Shown here: positions 25,704 to 35,410 of the stretch, piece by piece | Layout: every line of letters starts with the position of its first letter | Numbering within the stretch: the stretch's first letter is position 1 | Assembly: GCA_035403085.1 (NCBI GenBank) | Contig: DAONEM010000007.1 | Coordinates: 452-64,451 of the forward strand | DNA: 64,000 nucleotides | Source of the DNA: Candidatus Aminicenantes bacterium | GTDB lineage: Bacteria; Acidobacteriota; Aminicenantia; JAMOAD01 | Reading direction: 5' to 3' | Program-made: the position numbers and the translations under genes | The notes under the pieces: generated by a model | What the model was told of the DNA's origin: nothing | The model's database searches: none | The model's input: the letters and a program-made list of their open reading frames with translations, nothing else

Positions 25704-28374
25704 AGAACCGTTTACGCCTCTCTTTATCGAGATTCCAGGCCCCGTCGATCCGGAAGGGGCCCAAGGGGGTTCGGTACCGGAGCCCTACGCCGACGGCGTT
25801 GCTCATCTCCCCGGAGCGGAGAAGGTCTTTGTTGTTCTTGTAAACATTGCCCCGGTCGTAAAAAACCGAGAACTGGAGGTTGGGGAGGGGGATGGGAACC
25901 GGGACCGTGAGCTCCAGGTTGTTGACCAAGAGGGTGTTGCCTCCCAGAGGGGAGTCCGTGGAGGGATCTCGGGGGCCGAGTCCGTCGATCCCGCTTCCCC
26001 TGAAGGAGAAGCTCCCGCCGGCGAAGTACCGGTCCACGATCGGGATGGTGCCGCCGCCGAAGCCCCACCGGAGTTGGTTGAAGAGGAAGACATCGTTCTT
26101 GAACTTCCAGAACTTCTGGAAGCGTCCGGAGGTCTTAAAGAACTTGGAGGTCGTCCCCAGGAACCGCAAGGCCAGGGTGTTGTCCGAGGAGAGGTAGCTT
26201 CCCGACTGGGGGTTGAAGGGGTCGTCCCTCTTGTCCTGGGTGAAGGAGATGGAGACCGAAGAGGTCGAGAAGGGGGAGTTCTCCCGGTCCACCTTCGAAG
26301 GGGCGATGTCCAGGGAGAGGAGGTTGGTGTTCACCAGGCGGAAGTTGGAAGTGATGAAGCGTTGCCCCGAGAGCTTGTGGATGGCGTTCACGGCGAAGCC
26401 TTCGCGGCTGTAGGTGTAACTGCGGAGAAACTCCTTCTCGTACCAGAGGTTGAAGAAGGTCTTGAAGACTCCTTTGTGTTGCCAGGGTGTGTCGAAGTTG
26501 AAGAGAAAGCGGTTCTCGTTCTTCCCCAGCTTCACGATGAAGGAGTAGATGTTCCCCCTCTTGAAGGGGTTGAGGCGCTGGTATTCCACGGTGCCTCGGA
26601 AGCCGACCCTCTCGCCGTAGCCGATTCCGTAGTTGAAGAAGTCGGTCCGCCCGGGCTCGGTCTGAACGACTAAGAGCTTCTCCCCCGGGGCTGTGGGAAT
26701 CTTGAAGACCCTGAGCTGATCGAAAACCCCATAGTTTTCAAGGTTCTTCATGCTCTCTTCGATCCGGGCCTGGTCCAGGAGGTCCCCCTTCTTGATGACC
26801 ATGCTCTTGTCGAAGAGCGAACGGGCCAGGATAGGCTCTCCGAGCCAGAAAACCTCCTTGACCCGGGAACGTTCCCCCTCGACGATGGTAAAGGTGATCC
26901 GGACAGAGCCGGAGGGGCCGAAGGCGGTGACGGTATCGACTTTCACGTCGTCGAAACCCTTGGATTTGTACTCCCTCTCGATGGCGTTCTTCCACCGGAG
27001 AATGGTGTCGTTGCTCAAGGGGCCTTGGGCGGAGATGCCGGCGATCCTTTCGAGGTAGTAACGGTCGAAGAAGAGACCCCCCAGGATCTCGACGCTTTCG
27101 ACGATGGCCTGCCGCTTCTCTTGGATGGAGAAGAGGAGATCAACGTTCTTGCCTCGCTCCTTCGGCTCAACCTTGAGAGAGGCTTCCCTGAAGCCCCTCT
27201 GCCAGTAGAGGTACTCCAGCGCCGTCACCATGTCGGCCATACAGGAGGCATCGAAGTAAGAGTAGAAGAAGTAGTCTTTCAGAAAGGGGGCGACGGCACG
27301 CTTCAGCTCATCAGACTTGAGGGAGCTGTTCCCCTGGAAGAGGATCTCCCCGAGGCGGTAGCGGGTTCCCCTGTGGATTCTGTACTCCACGGTGATCGTC
27401 GACTCGTCGCTGGAGAAAGAGGTTTCGATCTTTGGGAGGACAAACCCTCTCTTGCGGAGTTCGCCCAAGAGCTTACTCTTCCCCTCCTCGACGGCCCAGG
27501 GGGGGAAGACGGCGCTTCCCCAGAGGGGGGAAAGGATCTTGGGGTTGAAGGAGGCGCCCAGAATCCGGAGAACCACCTTCTGTCCCTTCTGCACGTGGAA
27601 TTCCAGGGACGAGGAACCGTCCTGAAGGATCTGGGGGGAAGAAGAGACCGTTGCCATCAGGAAGCCTTGGGAGACCAGAAGGCTCTTGAGGCTCGATGCG
27701 GCCTTCTCGGCGCGCTCCAGGGTGAAAGGGTCTCCGACTTTGACGGAGAGGGCCCCCCTCAGGTCTGCCCCCTCGGCGCCGGAGATTCCGGAGAAGAGGA
27801 TTCTCGAGACCTTGGGGGGCTGGGGAATGCGGAAGCGGAAGAACAGGGAGAGATGAGCGGGAGAGGGCTCCTTGATCACGATGGAGAGGGAGTATTGGGA
27901 GTAGCCGCTCTCCTTGAGGAAGCGGTCGATCTCCTCCCGGGCTCTCTCTTCAACCTCTTTGTAGTAAGCCTCTCCGGAGAAGGTTGTCCGGAGGTAAGAG
28001 TTGACTCTCTCCAGGAGCATGCGGTCGGACCTTCGTGAAAGCCCCTCGACCTTGATGGACCGGATGAAGCGGGAGGGGGTGATCCGAAAGATCAGCTCGC
28101 AGCTCTCCCCTTCCGGGACGGCGTCGGCGGTCACGTTGTCGAAGAGCTGAAGCTGAAGGATGCTCTTGATGTCCCGATCCACGGAAAGGATCGACAGCGG
28201 CTCCCCGGTTCGGCTCTGGAGGAATTCCCGCACGATCTTCTCCTGGGAGAGGGAGATACCCGTGAAGGAGAGGCGGCCGATAGGCTTTCCCAGGCAAGCT
28301 TTCCAGGGCTCCTGGGCGGCGAGGGGGAGGAGGAAAAGGAGAAGGATGAAGAGAGGGGAGAGGAGTCTCTTCAT
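25672..28374 (-). CDS. bamA: Outer membrane protein assembly factor BamA (Omp85 family)
   Basis: Signal peptide, POTRA repeats, and a C-terminal beta-barrel ending ...FYVYFAIGNMF. 900 aa. Confidence 0.85.
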   Translation of the reverse strand: MKRLLSPLFILLLFLLPLAAQEPWKACLGKPIGRLSFTGISLSQEKIVREFLQSRTGEPLSILSVDRDIKSILQLQLFDNVTADAVPEGESCELIFRITPSRFIRSIKVEGLSRRSDRMLLERVNSYLRTTFSGEAYYKEVEERAREEIDRFLKESGYSQYSLSIVIKEPSPAHLSLFFRFRIPQPPKVSRILFSGISGAEGADLRGALSVKVGDPFTLERAEKAASSLKSLLVSQGFLMATVSSSPQILQDGSSSLEFHVQKGQKVVLRILGASFNPKILSPLWGSAVFPPWAVEEGKSKLLGELRKRGFVLPKIETSFSSDESTITVEYRIHRGTRYRLGEILFQGNSSLKSDELKRAVAPFLKDYFFYSYFDASCMADMVTALEYLYWQRGFREASLKVEPKERGKNVDLLFSIQEKRQAIVESVEILGGLFFDRYYLERIAGISAQGPLSNDTILRWKNAIEREYKSKGFDDVKVDTVTAFGPSGSVRITFTIVEGERSRVKEVFWLGEPILARSLFDKSMVIKKGDLLDQARIEESMKNLENYGVFDQLRVFKIPTAPGEKLLVVQTEPGRTDFFNYGIGYGERVGFRGTVEYQRLNPFKRGNIYSFIVKLGKNENRFLFNFDTPWQHKGVFKTFFNLWYEKEFLRSYTYSREGFAVNAIHKLSGQRFITSNFRLVNTNLLSLDIAPSKVDRENSPFSTSSVSISFTQDKRDDPFNPQSGSYLSSDNTLALRFLGTTSKFFKTSGRFQKFWKFKNDVFLFNQLRWGFGGGTIPIVDRYFAGGSFSFRGSGIDGLGPRDPSTDSPLGGNTLLVNNLELTVPVPIPLPNLQFSVFYDRGNVYKNNKDLLRSGEMSNAVGVGLRYRTPLGPFRIDGAWNLDKERRKRFYVYFAIGNMF

Positions 28375-31300
28375 CTGCTCTCCCTCCGTATACGGATATC
28401 AAAGTTGAAGAACCCGTTCTCATCCCGGAAGGCGATGAGGGAGACGTTCTTTGTCAGAGAGTATTCTGCGAAGAGCATGGAACTCCTCTGTTGGTTTGTC
28501 AGATCAAAGGAGTAGATCACGAAGAGGTTCTTGTAAACCTTCTTGCCCAGAGAGATTCTCGGGGTAGGCTCGGAGGTGGAACCGCTTACGAAGGGGTCGA
28601 CCCTCACTGTGTCGATCTTGAACTTGCCCAGGGTCTTGCGCTGGAGGAAGTCGGTCACCGTGGAAGCCACCAGCGTTGAGGTCCCGTAGACCGAAGACAA
28701 CTCGTTGGAGTAGGTCCGCTTGTAGTTCTCCCCCATGGCCAGGAGGGTTAGGATCTCCTGGGGAGGCAGCGAGGGGGAGGAGGTGAAACCGGGGACCGGT
28801 TGACTCTTGTACCCCGAGACGGAGAGGCGGATCCGGTACTCCTTGATGAAACATTCGCTGATGAAGTTGAGCCTGGGGTTGATGTAGTAGGGGTTGTCGA
28901 AGGTGATCTCCCCCCTCAGGAGGTTGAAGGTCCGGTCCGAGAAGGAGAGCTCTCCGCTCTTGAACTTGAGGGAGCCGAGCATGACCGGACCGATCGGGTC
29001 TCCCCGCAGGTTGATGTCGAAGAAGGCCTCCCCTTTCAAGAGGGAGTTCCTGACCCAGACCTTTCCCCGGGAGGAGAAGTGGAGGTCGAACTCCAACCTT
29101 CTCATCCACTCCGACTGGCCCGAAGGAACCTCTTCGGTGCCGCCGAAACGGACGGCCTCCTCAATCTCCTTCTGATACTCCATCTCGTCGATGACGATTG
29201 CTCCGGAGACAAGGATCTTGGAACCCTTCAGGGAGAACTTGAGATCCGCGTCGGCTTTGGCTTTCACCTTCTCCATGGGGATAAGGACGATATCCTTCCC
29301 CTTGAGGGTTATCAGGAGGTCCTTCAGCTCGCCCTTCGAGAAGGTCACCATCCCTCCCCCGGTGACGGCTCCTCCCCCGAGGGTCCCCGAAAGGGCGGAG
29401 ATGTTGAGCTGGTTGTTGTTCAGAAGACAGACGAAGCGGAAGTTTTCGATGGTTTGAGAGTAGTTGGGGAGGGAGAGTGTCTTCCCTTGGGATTGGACGA
29501 TTCCGCGGTACTGAAGGTCTTTCCAGGGGCCCTTCACGGAGACGGAGAGGAGGAACTCCCCTTCGTTGAAGTCCCAAGGGAGAAGGGCGTTGATGTTGGA
29601 AGAGTCGAGTTTGACCTCCAAGTCAGCTCTCTCCTCCACGAGGTTGAGGGTTCCCTTGAGGGTCGCCTTCAGGTCGCGTTTCTTCGTGGAGGCTTCGGCC
29701 GATAGGGTCAGGGAGTCCTCGGAGGGGACCACGAAACCCCGCGAATCCAGTGGGAGGGGTCGGTTCTTGTAGTAGGCGAAGTCTGGGGAGGAGAGTGTGT
29801 AGAAGAGTTTGTCCTTTCCGAAGTCCCCGATCCCCTTCAGGGCCATGTCGAACCTTCCCGCCAGGGAGGGGGAGAGGGAGGCGAAATCGAGACCCGTGCC
29901 GCGGACATCCACATCGAAGGTTCGGAAGAGGCGTTGGCTGAAGGTCAAGGTGAAGGATCCCGAGAGGTCTCCGTGGTGGGTGAGGCCGTGGAAGGAGGAG
30001 AGGCGGAAGAAGCCGTCCCCCTTGCGGTTGAGGGATTCCAGGGAGGCTTGATAGTTTCGGACCCTCTGACCTCCGAAGGTAAAGAGCTCCCCTTCGACGG
30101 TTCCTGTGACCTGAGCGTTCTTGGGGCCGAAGACCTCGCTCCGGAATTCGCCCCTTCCGGAGCCTCCCATCAGAGGAAGCTTGAGCTCGAAGATCTTGTC
30201 GATTCCCCTCAGATCGAACTTCTCGCAGGAGAGGTTGATCACCGTCGTCTTGTCGGAAGAGAAGTCCCCGCTCCCCTGGAACTTCTCGCCCCTGAAGGAG
30301 AAGGACCCTCTGGTGACGCTGTTGCGGGTCTCCGTCGTCGCAGAAGCCTCTCCCACGGGGACGCCCATGAGGGAGAGGCCGTCGACCCTCACCTTCGCCT
30401 GGGTATGGGGAGTGAGGAAAGGTCCGTCCAGGGTGACCTCCAGAGAGCCCTTCCCGTCGGGTTTCCACTCCGAGAAGTCGCTCTCCGTAAAGAAGAGGAG
30501 GGCCGGAAGGTAAGGGGGGAGGCGGGAGAAGGAGCCCGAGAGGGAGAGGGAGTCGTACCTCTCCTTCTGGAAGTCCATCACCGTAGAGAGTGAAAAGAGG
30601 TCTTGTCCGGAACGGAGGGCAGGGGCGGAGAGGGAGAGCTTCAGATTCTCCAGGTTGTAACGGAACTCCAGGAGACCCGAGAGGGGAAGGTTACGGGTTG
30701 CTCCTTGGGGCGCCTGGCAGAGGGCCTTGCCTTGAAGGATATTCTGGGACTCTATGACCCGGAAATCGGCGTCACAGAGGGAGGAGAAGGGAAGCTCCGT
30801 GTCGAAGAGGAGGAGAAACTTCTCCGAAGGGAAACGGCGGAGGGAGAAGCGGTAATCCTGCCAAGTTCCCTCCCCGTGAACAGAGAGGTCGTCAGGGTGA
30901 AGATCTAGGGAGAAGTCGTCTTCCACCTGACGGTAACGGACGAGAAGCTGGGAGATCGGCAGGGATGCGATCTTGCCGTTCTTTCCGGTCACCGTCACCA
31001 GAATGTAATCCCTGTCCTGCGCATCGTTGAAGAGCTTCAGCTCCCCCTTCCCCTCCCCTTCGAAGAGGAAGGGAAGCTCCAGAATCTTCTGAACCTGCGT
31101 GAGATTTCCCGCGGGTTCCAGGAGAAAATTGTAACGGAGCCTCTTAGCGAAGAGCACCTTTCCTCCGCCCCGGAGGTTCAGGTTTTCCGCGAAGAGGTTG
31201 AGGTTTCTGAAGAGAACCCGGTCTTCCAGGAGGATCAGGTCGAGCTTTCCAAAGCCGTGGAAGGTGGTCTCGTCCAAAGAGATAGTCATGTCCTTGACGA

Positions 31301-31721
31301 CCAGACGGAGGAAGATCGATTTTCCCCTCTTGACGGCCGTTCCATCCACCCCCGCGAGACGGCACCCGATTCCCCGGGTCTTCAGGGAGATCGTCGCATC
31401 CGCCAGGGTCCCCTTGAAGTCCACTCCTGGGAAGGAGAGGGCTCCCGCCTCGGATCCGGGGGTCTCCTTGGAGAAGTCCAAGGCGATCACCGGGCGTTGA
31501 AGGTTGACCGAAAGGGTGGTCTTGAGCGTGAAGAGATCGAAGCTCTCCAGGCCGGCTTCGGCGGAGAAAGCCGAGAAGGAGACCGTGTCGCTCCCCTGGG
31601 AGGGGTCTAAGAGGGTGACCTTGAAGGGGAAGTACTGGTAACTGACGGAGCCTACGGAGTGAAGGTACCTACGGACGAGAAACTGGGTAAAAAACTTCTG
31701 CCAACCGATGAGGGCGACCAC
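28371..31721 (-). CDS. tamB: Translocation and assembly module subunit TamB (DUF490 C-terminus); 5' end disrupted by an A10 tract
   Basis: 1116 aa with a C-terminal DUF490-like region. The stop overlaps the bamA start. The in-window ORF lacks a proper N-terminal signal anchor, which lies in a +1 frame upstream (see findings). Confidence 0.75.
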   Translation of the reverse strand: MVALIGWQKFFTQFLVRRYLHSVGSVSYQYFPFKVTLLDPSQGSDTVSFSAFSAEAGLESFDLFTLKTTLSVNLQRPVIALDFSKETPGSEAGALSFPGVDFKGTLADATISLKTRGIGCRLAGVDGTAVKRGKSIFLRLVVKDMTISLDETTFHGFGKLDLILLEDRVLFRNLNLFAENLNLRGGGKVLFAKRLRYNFLLEPAGNLTQVQKILELPFLFEGEGKGELKLFNDAQDRDYILVTVTGKNGKIASLPISQLLVRYRQVEDDFSLDLHPDDLSVHGEGTWQDYRFSLRRFPSEKFLLLFDTELPFSSLCDADFRVIESQNILQGKALCQAPQGATRNLPLSGLLEFRYNLENLKLSLSAPALRSGQDLFSLSTVMDFQKERYDSLSLSGSFSRLPPYLPALLFFTESDFSEWKPDGKGSLEVTLDGPFLTPHTQAKVRVDGLSLMGVPVGEASATTETRNSVTRGSFSFRGEKFQGSGDFSSDKTTVINLSCEKFDLRGIDKIFELKLPLMGGSGRGEFRSEVFGPKNAQVTGTVEGELFTFGGQRVRNYQASLESLNRKGDGFFRLSSFHGLTHHGDLSGSFTLTFSQRLFRTFDVDVRGTGLDFASLSPSLAGRFDMALKGIGDFGKDKLFYTLSSPDFAYYKNRPLPLDSRGFVVPSEDSLTLSAEASTKKRDLKATLKGTLNLVEERADLEVKLDSSNINALLPWDFNEGEFLLSVSVKGPWKDLQYRGIVQSQGKTLSLPNYSQTIENFRFVCLLNNNQLNISALSGTLGGGAVTGGGMVTFSKGELKDLLITLKGKDIVLIPMEKVKAKADADLKFSLKGSKILVSGAIVIDEMEYQKEIEEAVRFGGTEEVPSGQSEWMRRLEFDLHFSSRGKVWVRNSLLKGEAFFDINLRGDPIGPVMLGSLKFKSGELSFSDRTFNLLRGEITFDNPYYINPRLNFISECFIKEYRIRLSVSGYKSQPVPGFTSSPSLPPQEILTLLAMGENYKRTYSNELSSVYGTSTLVASTVTDFLQRKTLGKFKIDTVRVDPFVSGSTSEPTPRISLGKKVYKNLFVIYSFDLTNQQRSSMLFAEYSLTKNVSLIAFRDENGFFNFDIRIRRESR

Positions 31722-31728
31722 AAGGATG

Positions 31729-31738
31729 AAAAAAAAAA
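31729..31738. repeat. A10 (T10 on the coding strand) homopolymeric tract at the tamB 5' end
   Basis: Counted directly: ten consecutive A at 31729-31738. It separates the ATG at 31774 from the tamB frame by +1. Confidence 0.9.
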
Positions 31739-31770
31739 GGCGGCGAGCAGAAGAGGTTTCGAGGGTCTCT

Positions 31771-32421
31771 TCATCCTTTCATCAGTTTGTTCCAGTCGGA
31801 TAGGAATTTTTCGATTCCGCTGTCGGTGAGGGGATGGCTCATGAGCTTTTTGAGAACATCCAGGGGGAGGGTAACAACATCCGCGCCCAAGAGAGCGGAT
31901 TCGACAACATGCTGGGGATGACGGACCGAAGCGACAATGACTTCCGTGTCAAGCATATAGTTGGAGAAAATCGTGAGAATATCCCTGATGAGGTCCATTC
32001 CAGAGACACTTATGTCGTCGAGCCGTCCGACGAAAGGACTCACGTAGGTCGCTCCGGCCTTGGCGGCCAGGAGGGCCTGGGAAGGGGAAAAGATCAGCGT
32101 CACGTTGGTTCGGATCTTCTCCGCCGTGAGGGTTTTGACGGCCTTGAGGCCTTCGAAGGTGGCGGGAATCTTGACAACAATGTTGTCATCGAGGGCGGCG
32201 AGAATTCTTGCCTCTTCCACCATGGCGTCACTCTTCTCGGCGATCACCTCGGCGGAGACAGGAGCCTTCACGAGCTTACATATCTTCTTGAGGTGTTTCT
32301 TGTAGTCCTTGTTTCCCTCTTTGGCGATGAGGGAGGGATTGGTTGTGACCCCATCGCAGAGGCCCCAATCGAGAGCCTGTTTGAGATTCTCTATGTTCGC
32401 CGTGTCAAGGAAAAATTTCAT
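31771..32421 (-). CDS. tal: Transaldolase (Fsa/TalC short type)
   Basis: [32 protein letters not shown] and the Schiff-base Lys region [10 protein letters not shown]; 216 aa. Confidence 0.85.
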   Translation of the reverse strand: MKFFLDTANIENLKQALDWGLCDGVTTNPSLIAKEGNKDYKKHLKKICKLVKAPVSAEVIAEKSDAMVEEARILAALDDNIVVKIPATFEGLKAVKTLTAEKIRTNVTLIFSPSQALLAAKAGATYVSPFVGRLDDISVSGMDLIRDILTIFSNYMLDTEVIVASVRHPQHVVESALLGADVVTLPLDVLKKLMSHPLTDSGIEKFLSDWNKLMKG

Positions 32422-32500
32422 TCACCACCTCCGAAGATAAGGAACGGTGAAATTTTACCCTTTCCTTCGGCCCTTGTCCAGCCTCCGAAAGAGAAGAGAC

Positions 32501-33502
32501 TCAGCTCTTGGCGGTGACCCTGGTGGAGGGGCCGCTCTCGTTGCCGAAGGTGTCCATCGACCGGACGAAGATCTGGAAAACTTTTCGGGGTTCGACTTTA
32601 ACCAGGGAGAAGGAGTTTCCTTTGACAGGTTCCTGGTTGACCCTCTTCAGGGAACCTCCCTCTTCTTGAACGTAGACGTTGTACCCCTCGAGGTCCGAAG
32701 CCTGAACCTCATCCCAACGGACGATCAGGTTCTCTCCGTCCACCATGGCCATGAGGCCCTTGGGAACAGGCGGTGGGATCGTGTCGATGGCCCTGAAGGG
32801 GTAAGCGATGGAGGGGGCTGAGCGGTGGGCCGGATCCGCGGAGAACTGTCCGACGATTCTATAGGAGACGATCTGCCCCCAAGAGACTCGATCCCAGAGA
32901 AGCTGGCCGGATTTGGAGGGGACCGTGAGAAAGGGTTCGGTCTCATCGTTCAGGAAGAGGGCGACGTAGGGGTAAGGGGTCGGCGTCCAGGTGAAGAGGA
33001 GCCTCTCACCGGTGAGGGAGATTCTCTTGAATTGGGGTGAGGGGGGAAGGGCCTTGAGGGAGAAGCGGTGAAGTGGGGAGACGCTCTTCCATTTCAAGTT
33101 GAAGAGGCGGAACTCCAGCTCCGCCACCTTCTCACTCCCCGGGGTGGGGATGGAGAGGGAGAGGGTCCGACTCTGGGAGAGATCGGGAGAGGTAAGGGTG
33201 TGGAGGAGGGAGAGGCGATGGGAGGGGTTCTTACCGATGGAGGGTGTGTCCGGGAAGGCTCCCCAAACCTCGATCTTGTCCAGAGTCGTGAAGGGGGTCT
33301 TGTTGGAGAGTCTCTCGGGAAGGGTGAAGGTGATGTGGAGACGATCGCCTCTCTGGCTGAAAGAGAGATTCTGGGGGAGAGGGGGGAAGGGAGGGGGGGT
33401 GATGATCAGGTTGGAGCGCTGGCCGCAGGAGACGGCTCCCCAGAAGGAGAGGAGGCAAAGGAGGAGGGAGAGTTTAGAGAATGTACCTGGAAAGGTCTTC
33501 AT
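32501..33502 (-). CDS. Lipoprotein with a C-terminal fibronectin-III-like domain
   Basis: Lipobox ([10 protein letters not shown]) and FN3-like C-terminus ([13 protein letters not shown]...). Overlaps hslU by 29 nt. Confidence 0.45.
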   Translation of the reverse strand: MKTFPGTFSKLSLLLCLLSFWGAVSCGQRSNLIITPPPFPPLPQNLSFSQRGDRLHITFTLPERLSNKTPFTTLDKIEVWGAFPDTPSIGKNPSHRLSLLHTLTSPDLSQSRTLSLSIPTPGSEKVAELEFRLFNLKWKSVSPLHRFSLKALPPSPQFKRISLTGERLLFTWTPTPYPYVALFLNDETEPFLTVPSKSGQLLWDRVSWGQIVSYRIVGQFSADPAHRSAPSIAYPFRAIDTIPPPVPKGLMAMVDGENLIVRWDEVQASDLEGYNVYVQEEGGSLKRVNQEPVKGNSFSLVKVEPRKVFQIFVRSMDTFGNESGPSTRVTAKS

Positions 33503-34843
33503 CGGCGAGAATCTCCTTGAACTTGTCCTGAATGTAGTGGTTGTCGATAGTCACGGACTGGCCGGTCATCTCCGAGGCGTGGAAGGAGATCTCCTCCATG
33601 ACCTTCTCGAGAATCGTATGGAGTCTTCGGGCGCCGATGTTCTCTGTCGTCCTGTTGACCTGCTCGGCCAGGGAGGCGATCTCCCGGAGAGCGTCCTCCG
33701 AGAAATCCACACTGACACCTTCCGTCTCCATGAGGGCGGTGTACTGTTTGGTGAGAGCGTTGCGAGGCTCCACGAGAATCCGGAAAAACTCCTCGATCCC
33801 GAGGGGGTGGAGCTCGACTCGGATCGGGAAACGGCCCTGAAGTTCGGGAATAAGGTCGGAAGGCTTGGAGACGTGGAAGGCTCCGGCGCCGATGAAGAGG
33901 ATATGATCGGTCTGGACGATCCCGTACTTGGTGTTGACCGAGGTGCCTTCGATGAGGGGAAGAAGGTCCCTCTGGACCCCCTCACGGCTGACGTCGGGCC
34001 CCCTGCCGGACTCCCTTCCCGCAATCTTGTCGATTTCATCGAGGAAGACGATCCCCGTCCCTTCGACCCGGTGAAGGGCTTCGCGGACGACCTCGTCCAT
34101 GTCGATAAGGCTCTTCTCTTCTTCCTCAAGAATGTACTCCCTGGCTTCGGGGATGCTCATCCTCCGTCTCTTGGTGCGGGTGGGGAACATGTCCGGGAAG
34201 ATCCCCTGTATGGAGACACCGACATCTTCAAGACCTGTTCCGGCCAAAGCCTCCATGGGCTTGAAGTTCTTCTCCTTGACGTCCAGCTCTACGGTACGTT
34301 TGTCGAACTCTCCGTTGCGCAACCTCTCCCGCCACCTCTCCCGGGTCTTCAACCACCGCTGGTGTTCCTCTTCGTTGTCGTTGGCCTGGGGAGGCTGAGG
34401 GTAGAGAAGGTCCAAGAGCCTCTCTTCCGCCTTCTCCTCGGCCTTGTTCTTGATCAGCCGGATCTTTTCGAACTTCACCATGTCCACGGCGATCTCCGTG
34501 AGGTCCCTGATGATGGTCTCCACATCCCTTCCCACGTAGCCGACTTCGGTGAACTTGGAGGCCTCGATCTTGAGGAAGGGGGAGGAGGTCATCTTCGCCA
34601 ACCGGCGGGCGATCTCCGTCTTCCCGACACCGGTCGGGCCGATCATCAGGATGTTCTTGGGGGCGATCTCTTCGGCCAGCTCCTTGGGCAGAAGGGTTCG
34701 GCGGTAACGGTTGCGAAGGGCGATAGCGACGGCTTTCTTGGCCTCTTTCTGGCCGATGATGTAGCGGTCGAGCTCCTCTACGGTCTCCTGGGGGGTGAAC
34801 TCTCTGGAAGGGGGGAGGGTGTCACTCTTTCTGATCGCCATGG
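33474..34843 (-). CDS. hslU: ATP-dependent protease ATPase subunit HslU
   Basis: [25 protein letters not shown] and [17 protein letters not shown]. The likely start is MAIRK at 34843; the track ORF extends to 34898. Confidence 0.9.
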
Positions 34844-35388
34844 TCGAGAACCTCAACGGTGAGAGTATCGTTTGTATAGATGCAGATCTCAGAAGCAATC
34901 TTCAGAGAACGCCGGACAACCTCTTCGACCTCCATGGAGGTGTTTCTTAGCAGAGCCCTGGCGGCGGCTAAGGCATAGGGCCCACCGGAACCGATGGCGA
35001 TGACGTTCTCCTCCGGTTCCAGTACGTCTCCGGCGCCGGAGAGGAGAAGGAGGGCCTCCCGGTCGGCCACGATGAGGAGGGCCTCCAGCTTCTGAAGGTA
35101 CTTGTCTGTGCGCCACTCCTTCGAGAGCTCTACCGCGGCTCGGCGGAGGTTTCCCCGGTACTCCTCCAGCTTGTTTTCGAAACGGGAGAAGAGGGTGAAG
35201 GCGTCGGCGGTGGAACCGGCGAAGCCCGCCAAGACCTGGTCCCTGTGAAGCCTGCGGATCTTCGAGGCATTACTCTTGACGACGGTGGAACCGAAGGTGA
35301 CCTGGCCATCGGCGCCGATCACGGTTCTCCCCGTGGTTCTCACGGCCAGGACGGTGGTCCCTTCCCAGCCTCTCATCTTTTCGGACAT
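34822..35388 (-). CDS. hslV: ATP-dependent protease subunit HslV
   Basis: [23 protein letters not shown] with an N-terminal Thr nucleophile context; 188 aa. Confidence 0.9.
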   Translation of the reverse strand: MSEKMRGWEGTTVLAVRTTGRTVIGADGQVTFGSTVVKSNASKIRRLHRDQVLAGFAGSTADAFTLFSRFENKLEEYRGNLRRAAVELSKEWRTDKYLQKLEALLIVADREALLLLSGAGDVLEPEENVIAIGSGGPYALAAARALLRNTSMEVEEVVRRSLKIASEICIYTNDTLTVEVLDHGDQKE

Positions 35389-35410
35389 CTGTTTCTCTCC
35401 ATTTAAAGGG

